64,000 bases of DNA from IMG/VR virus record IMGVR_UViG_3300031996_000004, positions 5,931 through 69,930 of that record. One strand, 5' to 3'. The notes under the pieces were generated by a model, which ran no database searches, was not told the DNA's origin, and saw nothing but the letters and a program-made list of their open reading frames with translations. The position numbers were made by a program, and so were the translations under genes. Numbering within the stretch: the first letter of the stretch is position 1; every line of letters starts with the position of its first letter. Shown here piece after piece: positions 20,195 to 28,635 of the stretch. Source of the DNA: a virus (lineage: Duplodnaviria > Caudoviricetes).

Positions 20195-20587
20195 CTACTC
20201 CCTGCGCCGCCTTGGTCGAAGCGTGCCCTCGTCCGCCTTGCGTGCGTGATCCTGCGCAAGTCTCTCAGCAGTGGCCTTGGGAAGCAGCCGAACCGAGGTT
20301 CCCTTCGATGTGGGCGTGTCATCCTCCTGCATGAGCTCGCGCTTCATGCAGCCGATGCAGGTGTGCCGCACCGGGGCATAGGCGTAGGGGTCCTCCTCCC
20401 ACTCCCACTCCGCGGTGCCGCACATCTGGCACTTCTCACCGCGCTCCAGCGCGACTGCGGCCACCTTCGCGCGGTCCTCGTCGCTCCAGCGCTCCAGGTA
20501 CTCGCTGTGCGGGATGCCCTGGTCGTAGCAGTAGCCAACCTCGAGGGAGAAGGTGGAGTCGTACCTCAGTCGCGAGCGTTGAAAGGG
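20195..20587 (-). CDS. Tail assembly chaperone, -1 frameshift extension (gpGT-like)
   Basis: The -1 frame is open from the slippery site: FQRSRLRYDSTFSLEVGYCYDQGIPHSEYLERWSDEDRAKVAAVALERGEKCQMCG... Confidence 0.8.
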   Translation of the reverse strand, partial: PFQRSRLRYDSTFSLEVGYCYDQGIPHSEYLERWSDEDRAKVAAVALERGEKCQMCGTAEWEWEEDPYAYAPVRHTCIGCMKRELMQEDDTPTSKGTSVRLLPKATAERLAQDHARKADEGTLRPRRRRE

Positions 20588-21003
20588 ACGTCGAGGCCGG
20601 AGTTGCAGACGCGCTGGGCGTTGAAGAACAGCGTGGCGATCTCGCCGCCGGCCCAGTCCGGGCTCTTGTAGAGCTCGGTGGCCTGCTCGATGCTCAGCTT
20701 GGGCTCGGCCGAGACCGCCGCGATCAGCGCCGGCGCGAAGGAGTCCACGTTGTAGACCGCGCCGGCCTGCTTCTCCTTCTGGGTCGGCGGGTGCTCGGCG
20801 ATCAGGTCGTCGTACTCCTTGGAGCTGATCGCGCGGTACTTGATGCGCAGCGCGAGCTCGTCGCCGTCCTCGTCGGTCGTGGTGACCGTGAAGGACAGCG
20901 TGCGCCGGGGCTTGGCCCTCAGCTGGGCAAAGGTGGCGGTCGCGGCCTTCGCCGCGACCTCCTCGACCTTGGTGGTGTCGCTGGACGTGCTGGTCTCGCT
21001 CAT
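20566..21003 (-). CDS. Tail assembly chaperone (gpG-like)
   Basis: Lies between major tail and TMP genes; ends ...LDVPFNARD*. Confidence 0.85.
   Translation of the reverse strand: MSETSTSSDTTKVEEVAAKAATATFAQLRAKPRRTLSFTVTTTDEDGDELALRIKYRAISSKEYDDLIAEHPPTQKEKQAGAVYNVDSFAPALIAAVSAEPKLSIEQATELYKSPDWAGGEIATLFFNAQRVCNSGLDVPFNARD
20581..20587 (-). other. Programmed -1 ribosomal frameshift slippery site C CCT TTC
   Basis: X XXY YYZ heptamer in the correct phase, 4 codons before the TAC stop. Confidence 0.85.
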
Positions 21004-21059
21004 GTCGATCGCCCTCCGCTGGCGTCGTAGTGCTAACTGCGGTCAGGCCGCAGCATAGG

Positions 21060-21548
21060 TCATGCCGCGATGACCGCGTCCTCGTTCGGCTCCTGCGGGA
21101 TCGACGCAGTGCAGGTGAAGGTCTGCGCCGTGTTCGAGCTCATCGCCGACGCCGAGCGCGAGGAGATCCGCACCGGCCACACCTCGACGGTGTCGGTGGC
21201 CACCGGCAGCTTGCCGGCGCCGGTGCCGCCGAAGCGGGAGATGTAGAAGACGCCGGAGACGTTGCGCTCGAGCATGTTCCAGGCCGTGTCGTTGGCCTTG
21301 ACGCTGTCGCGGTAGAACTCGGCGGTGAACTGGGCGGTGGAGGTGCCCGGGATCGAGGTCTCGAACAGGGACGAGAGCTTGGGCGTGGGCACGGTGTTGC
21401 CCTGCGAGCTCGCGGTGAGCGAGATCAGGAAGTCGGTCAGCTCGGTGGCCGCGGCGACCTCAGCAGCCGCAGGCACCAGGTCGGCCGCCGCGGGCATCGT
21501 GGTCGAGAACCCGATCCAGGAGTTCTCGTTGGGGATCAGCGTGGACAT
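21060..21548 (-). CDS. Major tail (tube) protein
   Basis: TELTDFL...VPTPKLSSLFETSIPG...VEVWPV, typical of actinophage tail tube proteins; synteny. Confidence 0.85.
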   Translation of the reverse strand: MSTLIPNENSWIGFSTTMPAAADLVPAAAEVAAATELTDFLISLTASSQGNTVPTPKLSSLFETSIPGTSTAQFTAEFYRDSVKANDTAWNMLERNVSGVFYISRFGGTGAGKLPVATDTVEVWPVRISSRSASAMSSNTAQTFTCTASIPQEPNEDAVIAA

Positions 21549-21594
21549 GGCGTGTGCCTTTCTGGGCTACTGGCTACGGGTTGATGGTAGAGGC

Positions 21595-22077
21595 TCAGCG
21601 TGGCTGAGCTCGGGAAAGGTGCAACGACACGTCGACCGAGGTCTGCCAGTACGGCGGGTCGGTGCTGTTGTTCGGGATCACGTCGCCCAGCGCGTTGAGC
21701 AGCACCTGCTGGAGCGTCCACTGCACACCGCCCAAGGTCAGCGGCCCGGACAGGTCTGTGGCCGCGTTGGCCACCTGCACGGCAGTGTCCTCAGCCTGGG
21801 ACTCCATGGCGCCGAAGCAGTTGAGTCGGTAGGAGCACAGCCAGCTGGACAGCGCGGCGCCGATTCGCACCGGCTCGCCGGGCGCCGGGGTGACCGCGCG
21901 ACTGGTGCGCACCACGGTGTAGGGCTGGAAGGAGCCCACCCCGGGCTGGCCGTTGGCCCAGCCGCCTCTGGGCGGGGCGAAGCCCCGGCCCACCAGCACT
22001 CCGGTCTGCAGCGCGGTGGACAGGTGGTTGACCAGAGTCGTGGTCAGCGCGGTCCGGTCGATCGGGTCGAACCTCAT
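21595..22077 (-). CDS. Tail terminator-like protein
   Basis: Synteny upstream of the major tail gene; PYTVV motif; 160 aa. Confidence 0.7.
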   Translation of the reverse strand: MRFDPIDRTALTTTLVNHLSTALQTGVLVGRGFAPPRGGWANGQPGVGSFQPYTVVRTSRAVTPAPGEPVRIGAALSSWLCSYRLNCFGAMESQAEDTAVQVANAATDLSGPLTLGGVQWTLQQVLLNALGDVIPNNSTDPPYWQTSVDVSLHLSRAQPR

Positions 22078-22382
22078 CGCACCCTCCGGGTGATCTGGGC
22101 GCGGATCTCGGCCTGGGCGCCGGGCATCAGCTGGCTCAGCTCCTGGCTGGCGATACGTCGGTAGCGGATGGCGTGCCGGCCGGTGACCGTCAGGCGCACG
22201 CCCTGACCACGCTGGGCCACCCGGATGCCGATGCTGTGCCCGGAGCGGGAGGCCTGCAGGCGCAGCTGCTGAGCGACCTGCTGGGCGGCTTGTAGCAGCG
22301 GCTCGAGGCTGACGCCCTCGCCGGCGGCCTTGACGTCCTCGCTGAGGGACGCGAGCTGGCGCCCGGCCTCGTCGGGCTTCAT
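22074..22382 (-). CDS. Neck/tail completion protein
   Basis: Start MKPDEAG at 22382 (ATGA overlap); synteny. Confidence 0.55.
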   Translation of the reverse strand: MKPDEAGRQLASLSEDVKAAGEGVSLEPLLQAAQQVAQQLRLQASRSGHSIGIRVAQRGQGVRLTVTGRHAIRYRRIASQELSQLMPGAQAEIRAQITRRVR

Positions 22383-22849
22383 GCGTTCACCCACTCCCGG
22401 CTCGGGGAGATGCCGGTGCACTGCAGCGCCACCGAGGCGTCGATCCGGCCTCCGGCAGGCACGTCGACCACCCGGAAGCGGCGCCCGACCATGTCCTCGT
22501 CTGGGGATGTCTTGACCTCGACGATGTCGTTGATCATCGGCACCTTGGGGGTGTCCTTGGGCAGGTACACGGTGGCCGAGCTGTAGTACTGCGGCTCGTC
22601 GCCCAGGTCCATCGTGATCGGGCCCTGTGCCGGGCTCACGCCCGCCATGCCGCCGGCGCCGGGGGTGGCCGGGTCGTCGTAGATGACCTCTTGCAGCCCA
22701 GGGGTGTACTCGCGGGTGCTCTCGTCGAAGGCGGCGCTGGCCGGCCGGGTGATCAGCACCAGGGAGTTCATCGAGCCCTCGGCGTGCGCCCGAGCCACGT
22801 TCTGGGCATACGCCAGGCTCCGCCTGGCGAGCATGGTCGTCAGGCTCAT
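22379..22849 (-). CDS. Head-to-tail stopper-like protein
   Basis: ITRP...FDESTREY...VYLP...DIVEV...RRFRV pattern; synteny. Confidence 0.7.
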   Translation of the reverse strand: MSLTTMLARRSLAYAQNVARAHAEGSMNSLVLITRPASAAFDESTREYTPGLQEVIYDDPATPGAGGMAGVSPAQGPITMDLGDEPQYYSSATVYLPKDTPKVPMINDIVEVKTSPDEDMVGRRFRVVDVPAGGRIDASVALQCTGISPSREWVNA

Positions 22850-23346
22850 GGTGTGCCGCCGGCCAGCACCTGGTCAGCCAGCAGGAACGGGTCGTAGGAC
22901 CAGCTGCCGTAGTCCTGCAGGCCTGCCTCGGGGTTGTCCATCAGGCCGACGCCGAAACGCAGCGGCTTGATCGAGCGGTCTGCGCTGTAGCCGATCAGCA
23001 GGTTCTCGATGTCGATCTCGCCGCCGACCTGAGCGAGCTTGTACTCCTCGCGCAGAGCGACCGCCAGGTCGCGGTACCGCTGGGACAGGTCGGCGGTGTT
23101 GACGCTGACCCCGTCCGCACTGACCGAGACGATGCCGGCGAACTTGCGGCTGATGGTGGCGGCCGCGACGGCCGCCACGAAGGTCAACGAGTCGTACCGC
23201 GGCATCCAGGCGTCGATCAGGAACTGCAGCTCCTGATCGGACAGCAGCCAGAGGTTGTCGTCCCCGACGTCCTGCAGCAGGAAGCGCAGCTCGTCGACGT
23301 CGGCGGCGAAGGGGGCCCCGGAGTAGACGTACGTCTGGTCGGCCAC
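22846..23346 (-). CDS. Head-to-tail adaptor
   Basis: YSGAP...VDELRFLLQD...LLSDQEL...AAATISRKFA pattern. Confidence 0.75.
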   Translation of the reverse strand: MADQTYVYSGAPFAADVDELRFLLQDVGDDNLWLLSDQELQFLIDAWMPRYDSLTFVAAVAAATISRKFAGIVSVSADGVSVNTADLSQRYRDLAVALREEYKLAQVGGEIDIENLLIGYSADRSIKPLRFGVGLMDNPEAGLQDYGSWSYDPFLLADQVLAGGTP

Positions 23347-23349
23347 GGC

Positions 23350-23712
23350 CTACTCCTCCGGCTCAGCGCCCTCGCTGGCGATCTCGGCCTCGAGCTTGCC
23401 CACCTCGAGCTGGCGGGCGTAGTCCTCGAAGGACATCTCTAGGTCCTGCTCGAGGAAGTCGAGGTACTGCTGGTGGCTGACGTGTGGCTCGTCGGCCGGG
23501 ATCCGCTTGATGTAGCGGGTGTCCAGCCAGGCCTGCAACCGCGGGTAGTGCTCGGCGCCGGGGACCTCTACGCCGATCGGGAGCAGGTTCACTCCCACGC
23601 GCAGAGGCCGCCCGGTCACCAGCACGGTGCCGGCAACCGCCGGCTCCTCTGCACGTGGAGCCAGCAGCGCCGTGTTCTTGGAGCCCCGCCGGGCTGGACC
23701 GCGTCCAGCCAT
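23350..23712 (-). CDS. Hypothetical head-region protein
   Basis: 120 aa, coupled to neighbours. Confidence 0.55.
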   Translation of the reverse strand: MAGRGPARRGSKNTALLAPRAEEPAVAGTVLVTGRPLRVGVNLLPIGVEVPGAEHYPRLQAWLDTRYIKRIPADEPHVSHQQYLDFLEQDLEMSFEDYARQLEVGKLEAEIASEGAEPEE

Positions 23713-23945
23713 CAGAGGCTCTTGCGCATCTTGGGGTTGATGTAGCTCGCCTGCGGCGTGCTCACCTTGCCCTTGGTGCGGTTCATTCTGGCGTTGGGGC
23801 GCAGGATGCCTCGCGCCACCAGCGCCGACAGGTGGCGGGTCGCCTTGGCGACCGCGTTGGGCACAGCATCGCCGGGCTGGTAGGTGGTCCCGTTCTGGAG
23901 CTTGACCTTCCTACCAGCCACGAACGACGCAGGCTTGCGGATCAT
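23712..23945 (-). CDS. Small basic protein downstream of the capsid gene
   Basis: Start MIRKPASF at 23945 overlaps the MCP stop; 77 aa. Confidence 0.6.
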   Translation of the reverse strand: MIRKPASFVAGRKVKLQNGTTYQPGDAVPNAVAKATRHLSALVARGILRPNARMNRTKGKVSTPQASYINPKMRKSL

Positions 23946-24943
23946 CAGGCGACCGCGGAGCCGACCCAAAGGCCCATGTCCGGGGACACGACCTTCATGT
24001 CGTAGGTCTGCTCGGCCTCGACGCGGTCGGAGGTGATGTGCTCCATGCGGAACTTCTTCACCTTGACGCCCTCGGAGTTGCCGCCGAGGTAGCCGGTCCA
24101 CGTGAACGTGTAGCCGGCCGAGGGGGTGAGCAGCGACGGGGACGACGGCGCGTAGGCGAACAGCACGCCCTTGGGGTCACCGATGAAGTCGTAGGTCGCG
24201 GCAGCGTCCTGGCTGCGCGCGTCCGTGGTCTCCGGGCCGGTGGCCTTGGTGGCGTAGGTGACGAAGAGCTCGTCGACGTCGAACAGCGTCGCGATGAGGT
24301 CCTCGGTCACCACACCACGCTGGGTGTACTTGATCCGGTCGATGATGTCCGGGTGGTGCTTGAGCGCCTTCATGACGTAGGCGCCCATCACGCAGACGTT
24401 CGGGGCGAACCCGGTGAGCTGGCGGAAGTCGATCATCCAGCCAGCCACGTCCTGGAGCGGGTCGGAGCCAGCGTTGTCCCACTGGAGGAACTGGTTGGCC
24501 GTGGGGCCGGTGGCCACCCCGGTCTTCTCCGTCGCCCAGACGCCCGCCTTGAAGTAGGCGTTCGTCCAGTCGATGTCCCGCTTGAGCAGGTGCTGGTTGG
24601 TCACGAACTCCGTGGCGTCGCGGTCCAGGTTGAAGTTGGAGTCCGCGTTGGCCCGCACCTGGTCGTCGATGTCCTTGTGGACGCCGTAGACGTGGCAGAA
24701 GTACTGGTCGGTGTCCTGCTTCCAGCCGACACCCGGGGTCTCGGTGGAGGGGGCCCGACGCTGCACGTCAGTGCGGCGCCAGTCGGACTTGGAGTACTTC
24801 CAGTACAGGTCGGACTGCTTGGAGACCTTGACCTTCGGGAAGACCTTGTCGGCGATGTAGGAGTCCGCCGACTGCATGTAGGCGATGCTGACATTCGTCA
24901 GTGGCACATTGACGTGCAGGTCAGCCTGAGAGGGGCTGGGCAT
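23945..24943 (-). CDS. Major capsid protein (HK97 fold, lambda gpE-like family)
   Basis: LTNVSIAY...IADKVFPKVKV...WDNAGSDPLQD...PNVCVMG...YAPSSPSLLTPSAGYTFTW; RBS gaaagga. Confidence 0.9.
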   Translation of the reverse strand: MPSPSQADLHVNVPLTNVSIAYMQSADSYIADKVFPKVKVSKQSDLYWKYSKSDWRRTDVQRRAPSTETPGVGWKQDTDQYFCHVYGVHKDIDDQVRANADSNFNLDRDATEFVTNQHLLKRDIDWTNAYFKAGVWATEKTGVATGPTANQFLQWDNAGSDPLQDVAGWMIDFRQLTGFAPNVCVMGAYVMKALKHHPDIIDRIKYTQRGVVTEDLIATLFDVDELFVTYATKATGPETTDARSQDAAATYDFIGDPKGVLFAYAPSSPSLLTPSAGYTFTWTGYLGGNSEGVKVKKFRMEHITSDRVEAEQTYDMKVVSPDMGLWVGSAVA

Positions 24944-24961
24944 AACTGGTTCCTTTCAGGC

Positions 24962-25372
24962 TCAGACGAACAGCGCGGGCACGAGCTCGTTGGCCCCTGC
25001 CGCCGGCTTGAGGGCGATGAGGCGCTTGCCTCCGGACGGGGTGGCGCCCTTGGCGACCGCCCGGCCGGTGGCGTCGGACACGAGGTCCACCCCAGCAGCG
25101 AAGGCAGCGCCAGCGACGACATTGGTGACGCCGGTGAAGCCGACCGTGGCCGCGGCCCCGGGCGTCTGCGGCTTGTTCTGCAGCACGCCGACAACCACGT
25201 CGCCGGCGGCCGTGGCCAGTCCGACCTGGTGAGAGCCCGTGAGCTTGACCATGGTGTACTGCTTGCCACCGTTCGGCACCGCCGAGCCAGGCTGACCAGG
25301 CACGCCGGTGTAGATGCCCAGCGACGCGTCAGCGTCCAGGCTGATGGACTTGAGGGACTCTTCGTAGCTCAT
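24962..25372 (-). CDS. Capsid decoration/cement protein
   Basis: QYTMVKL...VVGVLQNKP...GVTNVVAGAAFAAGVDLVSDATGRAV pattern; directly upstream of the MCP gene. Confidence 0.8.
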   Translation of the reverse strand: MSYEESLKSISLDADASLGIYTGVPGQPGSAVPNGGKQYTMVKLTGSHQVGLATAAGDVVVGVLQNKPQTPGAAATVGFTGVTNVVAGAAFAAGVDLVSDATGRAVAKGATPSGGKRLIALKPAAGANELVPALFV

Positions 25373-25383
25373 CTGTCAGCTCC

Positions 25384-26508
25384 TCAGCGACGACGCTGCT
25401 CGGCCTCGTACTCGTCGTACGCGGCGGGATTGGCCTCGAACAGAGCCGTGACGGCCTGCTCCTGGGAAAGGGCGCCGGCGGACTTGCCGACCGCCTCACC
25501 GGCGATCGCGTAGACCTGCGCGACGATGTCGGACTCGATGCCGCCGTTGTAGCCGATCTCGTCCATGGCGTACTTGGCGATCTCGCCGTAGCCGGAGAAG
25601 ACGCGGTCCAGAGCGGCGACGTCCTCGGCCGGGAGCACCTGGGAGGCGCGGTAGAGCAGGCCACCGACCTCCTCGGGGTCACCCAGCTCGTAGCCCTTGG
25701 CCAGCTCGGTGAACTCGCCAGCCTCCTGCGCCTCGACGAGGCCAAGGACCATGTCCTCGAGCTCCTCGTTGCGCTTGGCCACGGACTCGAAGTGGTCGAG
25801 TGCCTTGGCGATCACCTCGTCGCGGGCGTCCTCGGTCAGCGCCTTGGACAGGTCCTCGAGCACCGACTCACCCAGCGACTTGCCGAAGCGGTTGTCGGCG
25901 TAGGCGCCGCCACCGGCGCCAGCCGCAGCGGCGCCGCCGTAGCGGATGCCCTTGCGGCCGCCCTCGGGGATGGCGCGGTACTGCATGCCAGCAGCCGTGG
26001 CGCTGTTGCGGGCGCGACGGCCGGCGCGGTTGAGGCGCTCGCGGCCCTCGCGACCGTAGGCGCCTGCCTCCTCACGAGCGTTGCGCACGGCGCCGCGGGC
26101 CTGGATGCCGGCGCGCAGAGCGCGAGAGCGAGCCGCGCCCATGCGCTCGCCGGGCAGGTACCGGCTGGATGCGCCGCTGACCTCGCGGGCGACCGTGGTG
26201 TGCCGAACGGCGCGACGCGCGAGCTGGTCGCGCAGGCCCTTCTCGACACCCTCGTCGTCGTCCTCGAAGTCCTCGCCGTCCTCGGCGTCTCCCTCGACGA
26301 AGACGAGCTCAGTGCCGTCCTCGCCGTAGACGACGTCACCGTGCTCCAGCTCGGCCTCGTCGACCTCGTTCCCCTGAGCATCGAAAATGCTCATTCCGTC
26401 CTCCTGACGTTTTGCGATTGCGACCAAGCCGTGCTGGTTCGCAGGGCGGTCCACGAGGGAGACCTCGTCGATCTCGAGGCCCGAGAGCTTCTTCACCATG
26501 CGCGCCAT
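25384..26508 (-). CDS. Scaffolding protein with internal Arg-rich insert
   Basis: Start MARMVKKL at 26508 (RBS gagg). N-terminal LEIDEVSLVDRPANQHG is typical of XkdF-associated head proteins; acidic helical C-terminus (...AVTALFEANPAAYDEY). Confidence 0.75.
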   Translation of the reverse strand: MARMVKKLSGLEIDEVSLVDRPANQHGLVAIAKRQEDGMSIFDAQGNEVDEAELEHGDVVYGEDGTELVFVEGDAEDGEDFEDDDEGVEKGLRDQLARRAVRHTTVAREVSGASSRYLPGERMGAARSRALRAGIQARGAVRNAREEAGAYGREGRERLNRAGRRARNSATAAGMQYRAIPEGGRKGIRYGGAAAAGAGGGAYADNRFGKSLGESVLEDLSKALTEDARDEVIAKALDHFESVAKRNEELEDMVLGLVEAQEAGEFTELAKGYELGDPEEVGGLLYRASQVLPAEDVAALDRVFSGYGEIAKYAMDEIGYNGGIESDIVAQVYAIAGEAVGKSAGALSQEQAVTALFEANPAAYDEYEAEQRRR

Positions 26509-26569
26509 AGCGTCCTCAGTTTGGATGCTGGTCTGTCTTGTTGGTTGGTACTGCCCCGCGACACGCCGG

Positions 26570-27286
26570 TCAGAGCTTACGCCCGGACCGAGCACCGTCG
26601 GGGATGTTGCTGTTGCGCATCTTGCCGCGGGCGACCCGGACACGCAGCGGGGTCTTGGGAGCCACCGGAACGCGCTTGGGCGCAGCCATTCCGGCGATCA
26701 GGCCGAGGCCACGCTGGACCCCGGTGGCACCGGTCTCGGAGAAGGCCGCAGCCTTGCCGAACGGACCGGAGCGCTGGCCCTTGGGGGTGTGCCGGTAGAC
26801 CTCGAGCTTGGTGGCGTTGCGGCCACCGCCCGAGCCATGGCGCACGTGCGTCAGGGCGTTGCCGTGGCCGACGTGGCCACCGGTGGGGACCAGGGCGCGA
26901 ATCCGGGTGGCGCCGGGCACCGGCAGGGCGACCTTGTAGGCCTTGCCGAACGCCACGACCTCCTCGAAGGGGTTGACCAGGTTCTTCGACATGGCGTTCT
27001 TCCTCTGGTGGTTGCGGTGGATCAGGTAGCCAGTGGTGCCGGCGGCCGCTGCCGCGCCCGCTCCGATGGCGACGTTTCGGCCCAGATGGCGTGCTGTCGG
27101 CTTGGCGACGACCTCGCGAAAGGTCTCACGCGTGGCTGCTGAAGGGCCAGCCGAAGGACGAGTAGCCGGACGAGCAGCTGGTGCCGAGTGGCGCGCTTGC
27201 ATGTCCTCGAGGGAGCCGAAGTCGCGCTGGCTCCTGGGGACGAAGCCACCAGCCGGGCGCGGCTTGCGCCGCTTGCTCTGGGCCAT
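26570..27286 (-). CDS. Basic head-module protein of K-delimited peptide modules
   Basis: 238 aa Arg/Lys-rich; GAGAAAAAGTTGYL helix; AMSK, AFGK and PFGK motifs. Confidence 0.7.
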   Translation of the reverse strand: MAQSKRRKPRPAGGFVPRSQRDFGSLEDMQARHSAPAARPATRPSAGPSAATRETFREVVAKPTARHLGRNVAIGAGAAAAAGTTGYLIHRNHQRKNAMSKNLVNPFEEVVAFGKAYKVALPVPGATRIRALVPTGGHVGHGNALTHVRHGSGGGRNATKLEVYRHTPKGQRSGPFGKAAAFSETGATGVQRGLGLIAGMAAPKRVPVAPKTPLRVRVARGKMRNSNIPDGARSGRKL

Positions 27287-28194
27287 CAGCGGTACGTCCT
27301 TCCCCGGTTGGTGTTGCCGTAGTGGTGCAGCGCGCCTGCAGCGCCGACGGCGGCTGCGCCGCCGCCGAACAAGAGCCCGTTGCGCCGGGAGACGGCGATC
27401 GCCTTTCGGCCGATCTTGCGCTCGACAGTGACGTCCGGCTTGCCGACCTCGGTGCGCAGCTTGGACGCGCGCAGGGCCTTGGTCTCGGCCTGGATGCCTC
27501 GGAAGCCCTTGTGGCCGGCGTAGCCGCCACCGAGCGCGAGTGCGGACTCGCCCATCCCCAGCCTGCGCTGTCGACGGCCCTCGGGGTCATAGCGCCGGTA
27601 GGAGTCAGCCTTGCCGAAGGTGGGCTGCGGTTGCTGGCGGCGCATCCCGCCGGTCGCGACGAGACCGCCGACAGCGGTGCCGCCCACGGCACCGGTGATC
27701 AGCGCGTTGCGCGGCGTACTCGTCGCGGTCTTGATGCCTGAGGCGATCTTGGGCTTGACGAGCGCACCAGCCACCTTGGCGTTGAAGTCGGCCGCCTTGG
27801 CGCCGTTCTTCAGCGCCGACATGCCGATGCCCTTGCGGACGCGACGGTTGCCGTTGAACTCCCAGTTGGAGCCCGTACGACCGCCGTACTCAGGCAAGGC
27901 GCTCTCGATCGGGGCGAAGGACCTCGAGCGCATGGGGGAGATCTTCTGCCCGGAGTTGCTGCGCTCCTGCAGAGTCGTGAACTTCCGCCAGGCGCGCTGG
28001 TAGTGCTGGTGCTCGGATCGCGCACCCGCGTCGGGGTCGCGCGCATACTTCGACCTGGCCTTGGGCGCGGCAGTCTTGCGCGCTGCGCGACTGACGTCGG
28101 CGCCCCAGCCCTTGCCGATGGGTTCGAGCAGCGGGGCGTCCGAGCCGGTCACCCGGCGGCCGCGGGCAGAACCGGCGCCGTAGCGTGCTGCCAT
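27286..28194 (-). CDS. Basic head-module protein of K-delimited peptide modules
   Basis: 302 aa; PIGK and TFGK motifs; helices ALITGAVGGTAVGGLVA and LLFGGGAAAVGAAGAL. Confidence 0.7.
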   Translation of the reverse strand: MAARYGAGSARGRRVTGSDAPLLEPIGKGWGADVSRAARKTAAPKARSKYARDPDAGARSEHQHYQRAWRKFTTLQERSNSGQKISPMRSRSFAPIESALPEYGGRTGSNWEFNGNRRVRKGIGMSALKNGAKAADFNAKVAGALVKPKIASGIKTATSTPRNALITGAVGGTAVGGLVATGGMRRQQPQPTFGKADSYRRYDPEGRRQRRLGMGESALALGGGYAGHKGFRGIQAETKALRASKLRTEVGKPDVTVERKIGRKAIAVSRRNGLLFGGGAAAVGAAGALHHYGNTNRGRTYR

Positions 28195-28634
28195 CAGTAG
28201 GCTCCTGACCGGATGCGGATGTTGACGGGGTGGTAGGACGTCCGGCGGACCGGGTGCCCCTGTGCTACGAGAAGCATGCCAGCCGCGGCAGCCACCTCGG
28301 GACGAATCGAGGATGGGACGCGCCGCACGGCGTCGTCGATGGCCTTGATCTGGCGCAGGTGGCGCTCCCCGGGCGCGGTGCCGCGGGCGAGCACGCCCTG
28401 GGCGGCCTGGGCACGCTGCAGCGCCTCGAGAGCGAACTGGCTGTCCTTGGTGCGGGCCTGCTTGACCCCGCGCGCCAGCGCGGCACCCAGCATCCGAGAG
28501 CGCCCCAGCCCCCAGGCGCCCAACGCCAGCCCGGCCCCGGTCTCCACCGCGCGCACTGGGGAGGTCTGTCGGTCCCGGACGTACAGGCTCTTGGAGAAGG
28601 CGGTGTTGCGTCGGGTGTAGACCAGCTGTCCCAC
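28194..28634 (-). CDS. Basic head-module protein
   Basis: 146 aa, GTG start; AFSK motif; GAGLALGAWGL helix. Confidence 0.65.
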   Translation of the reverse strand: MGQLVYTRRNTAFSKSLYVRDRQTSPVRAVETGAGLALGAWGLGRSRMLGAALARGVKQARTKDSQFALEALQRAQAAQGVLARGTAPGERHLRQIKAIDDAVRRVPSSIRPEVAAAAGMLLVAQGHPVRRTSYHPVNIRIRSGAY

Positions 28635-28635
28635 G

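Noticed and set aside
14030-20671. Very long plus-strand ORFs (987 aa, 1174 aa) opposite the tape measure gene
   Set aside because: Antisense shadow ORFs caused by high-GC codon bias; V/G/L/A-rich with no motifs, while the opposite strand holds a clear gene.
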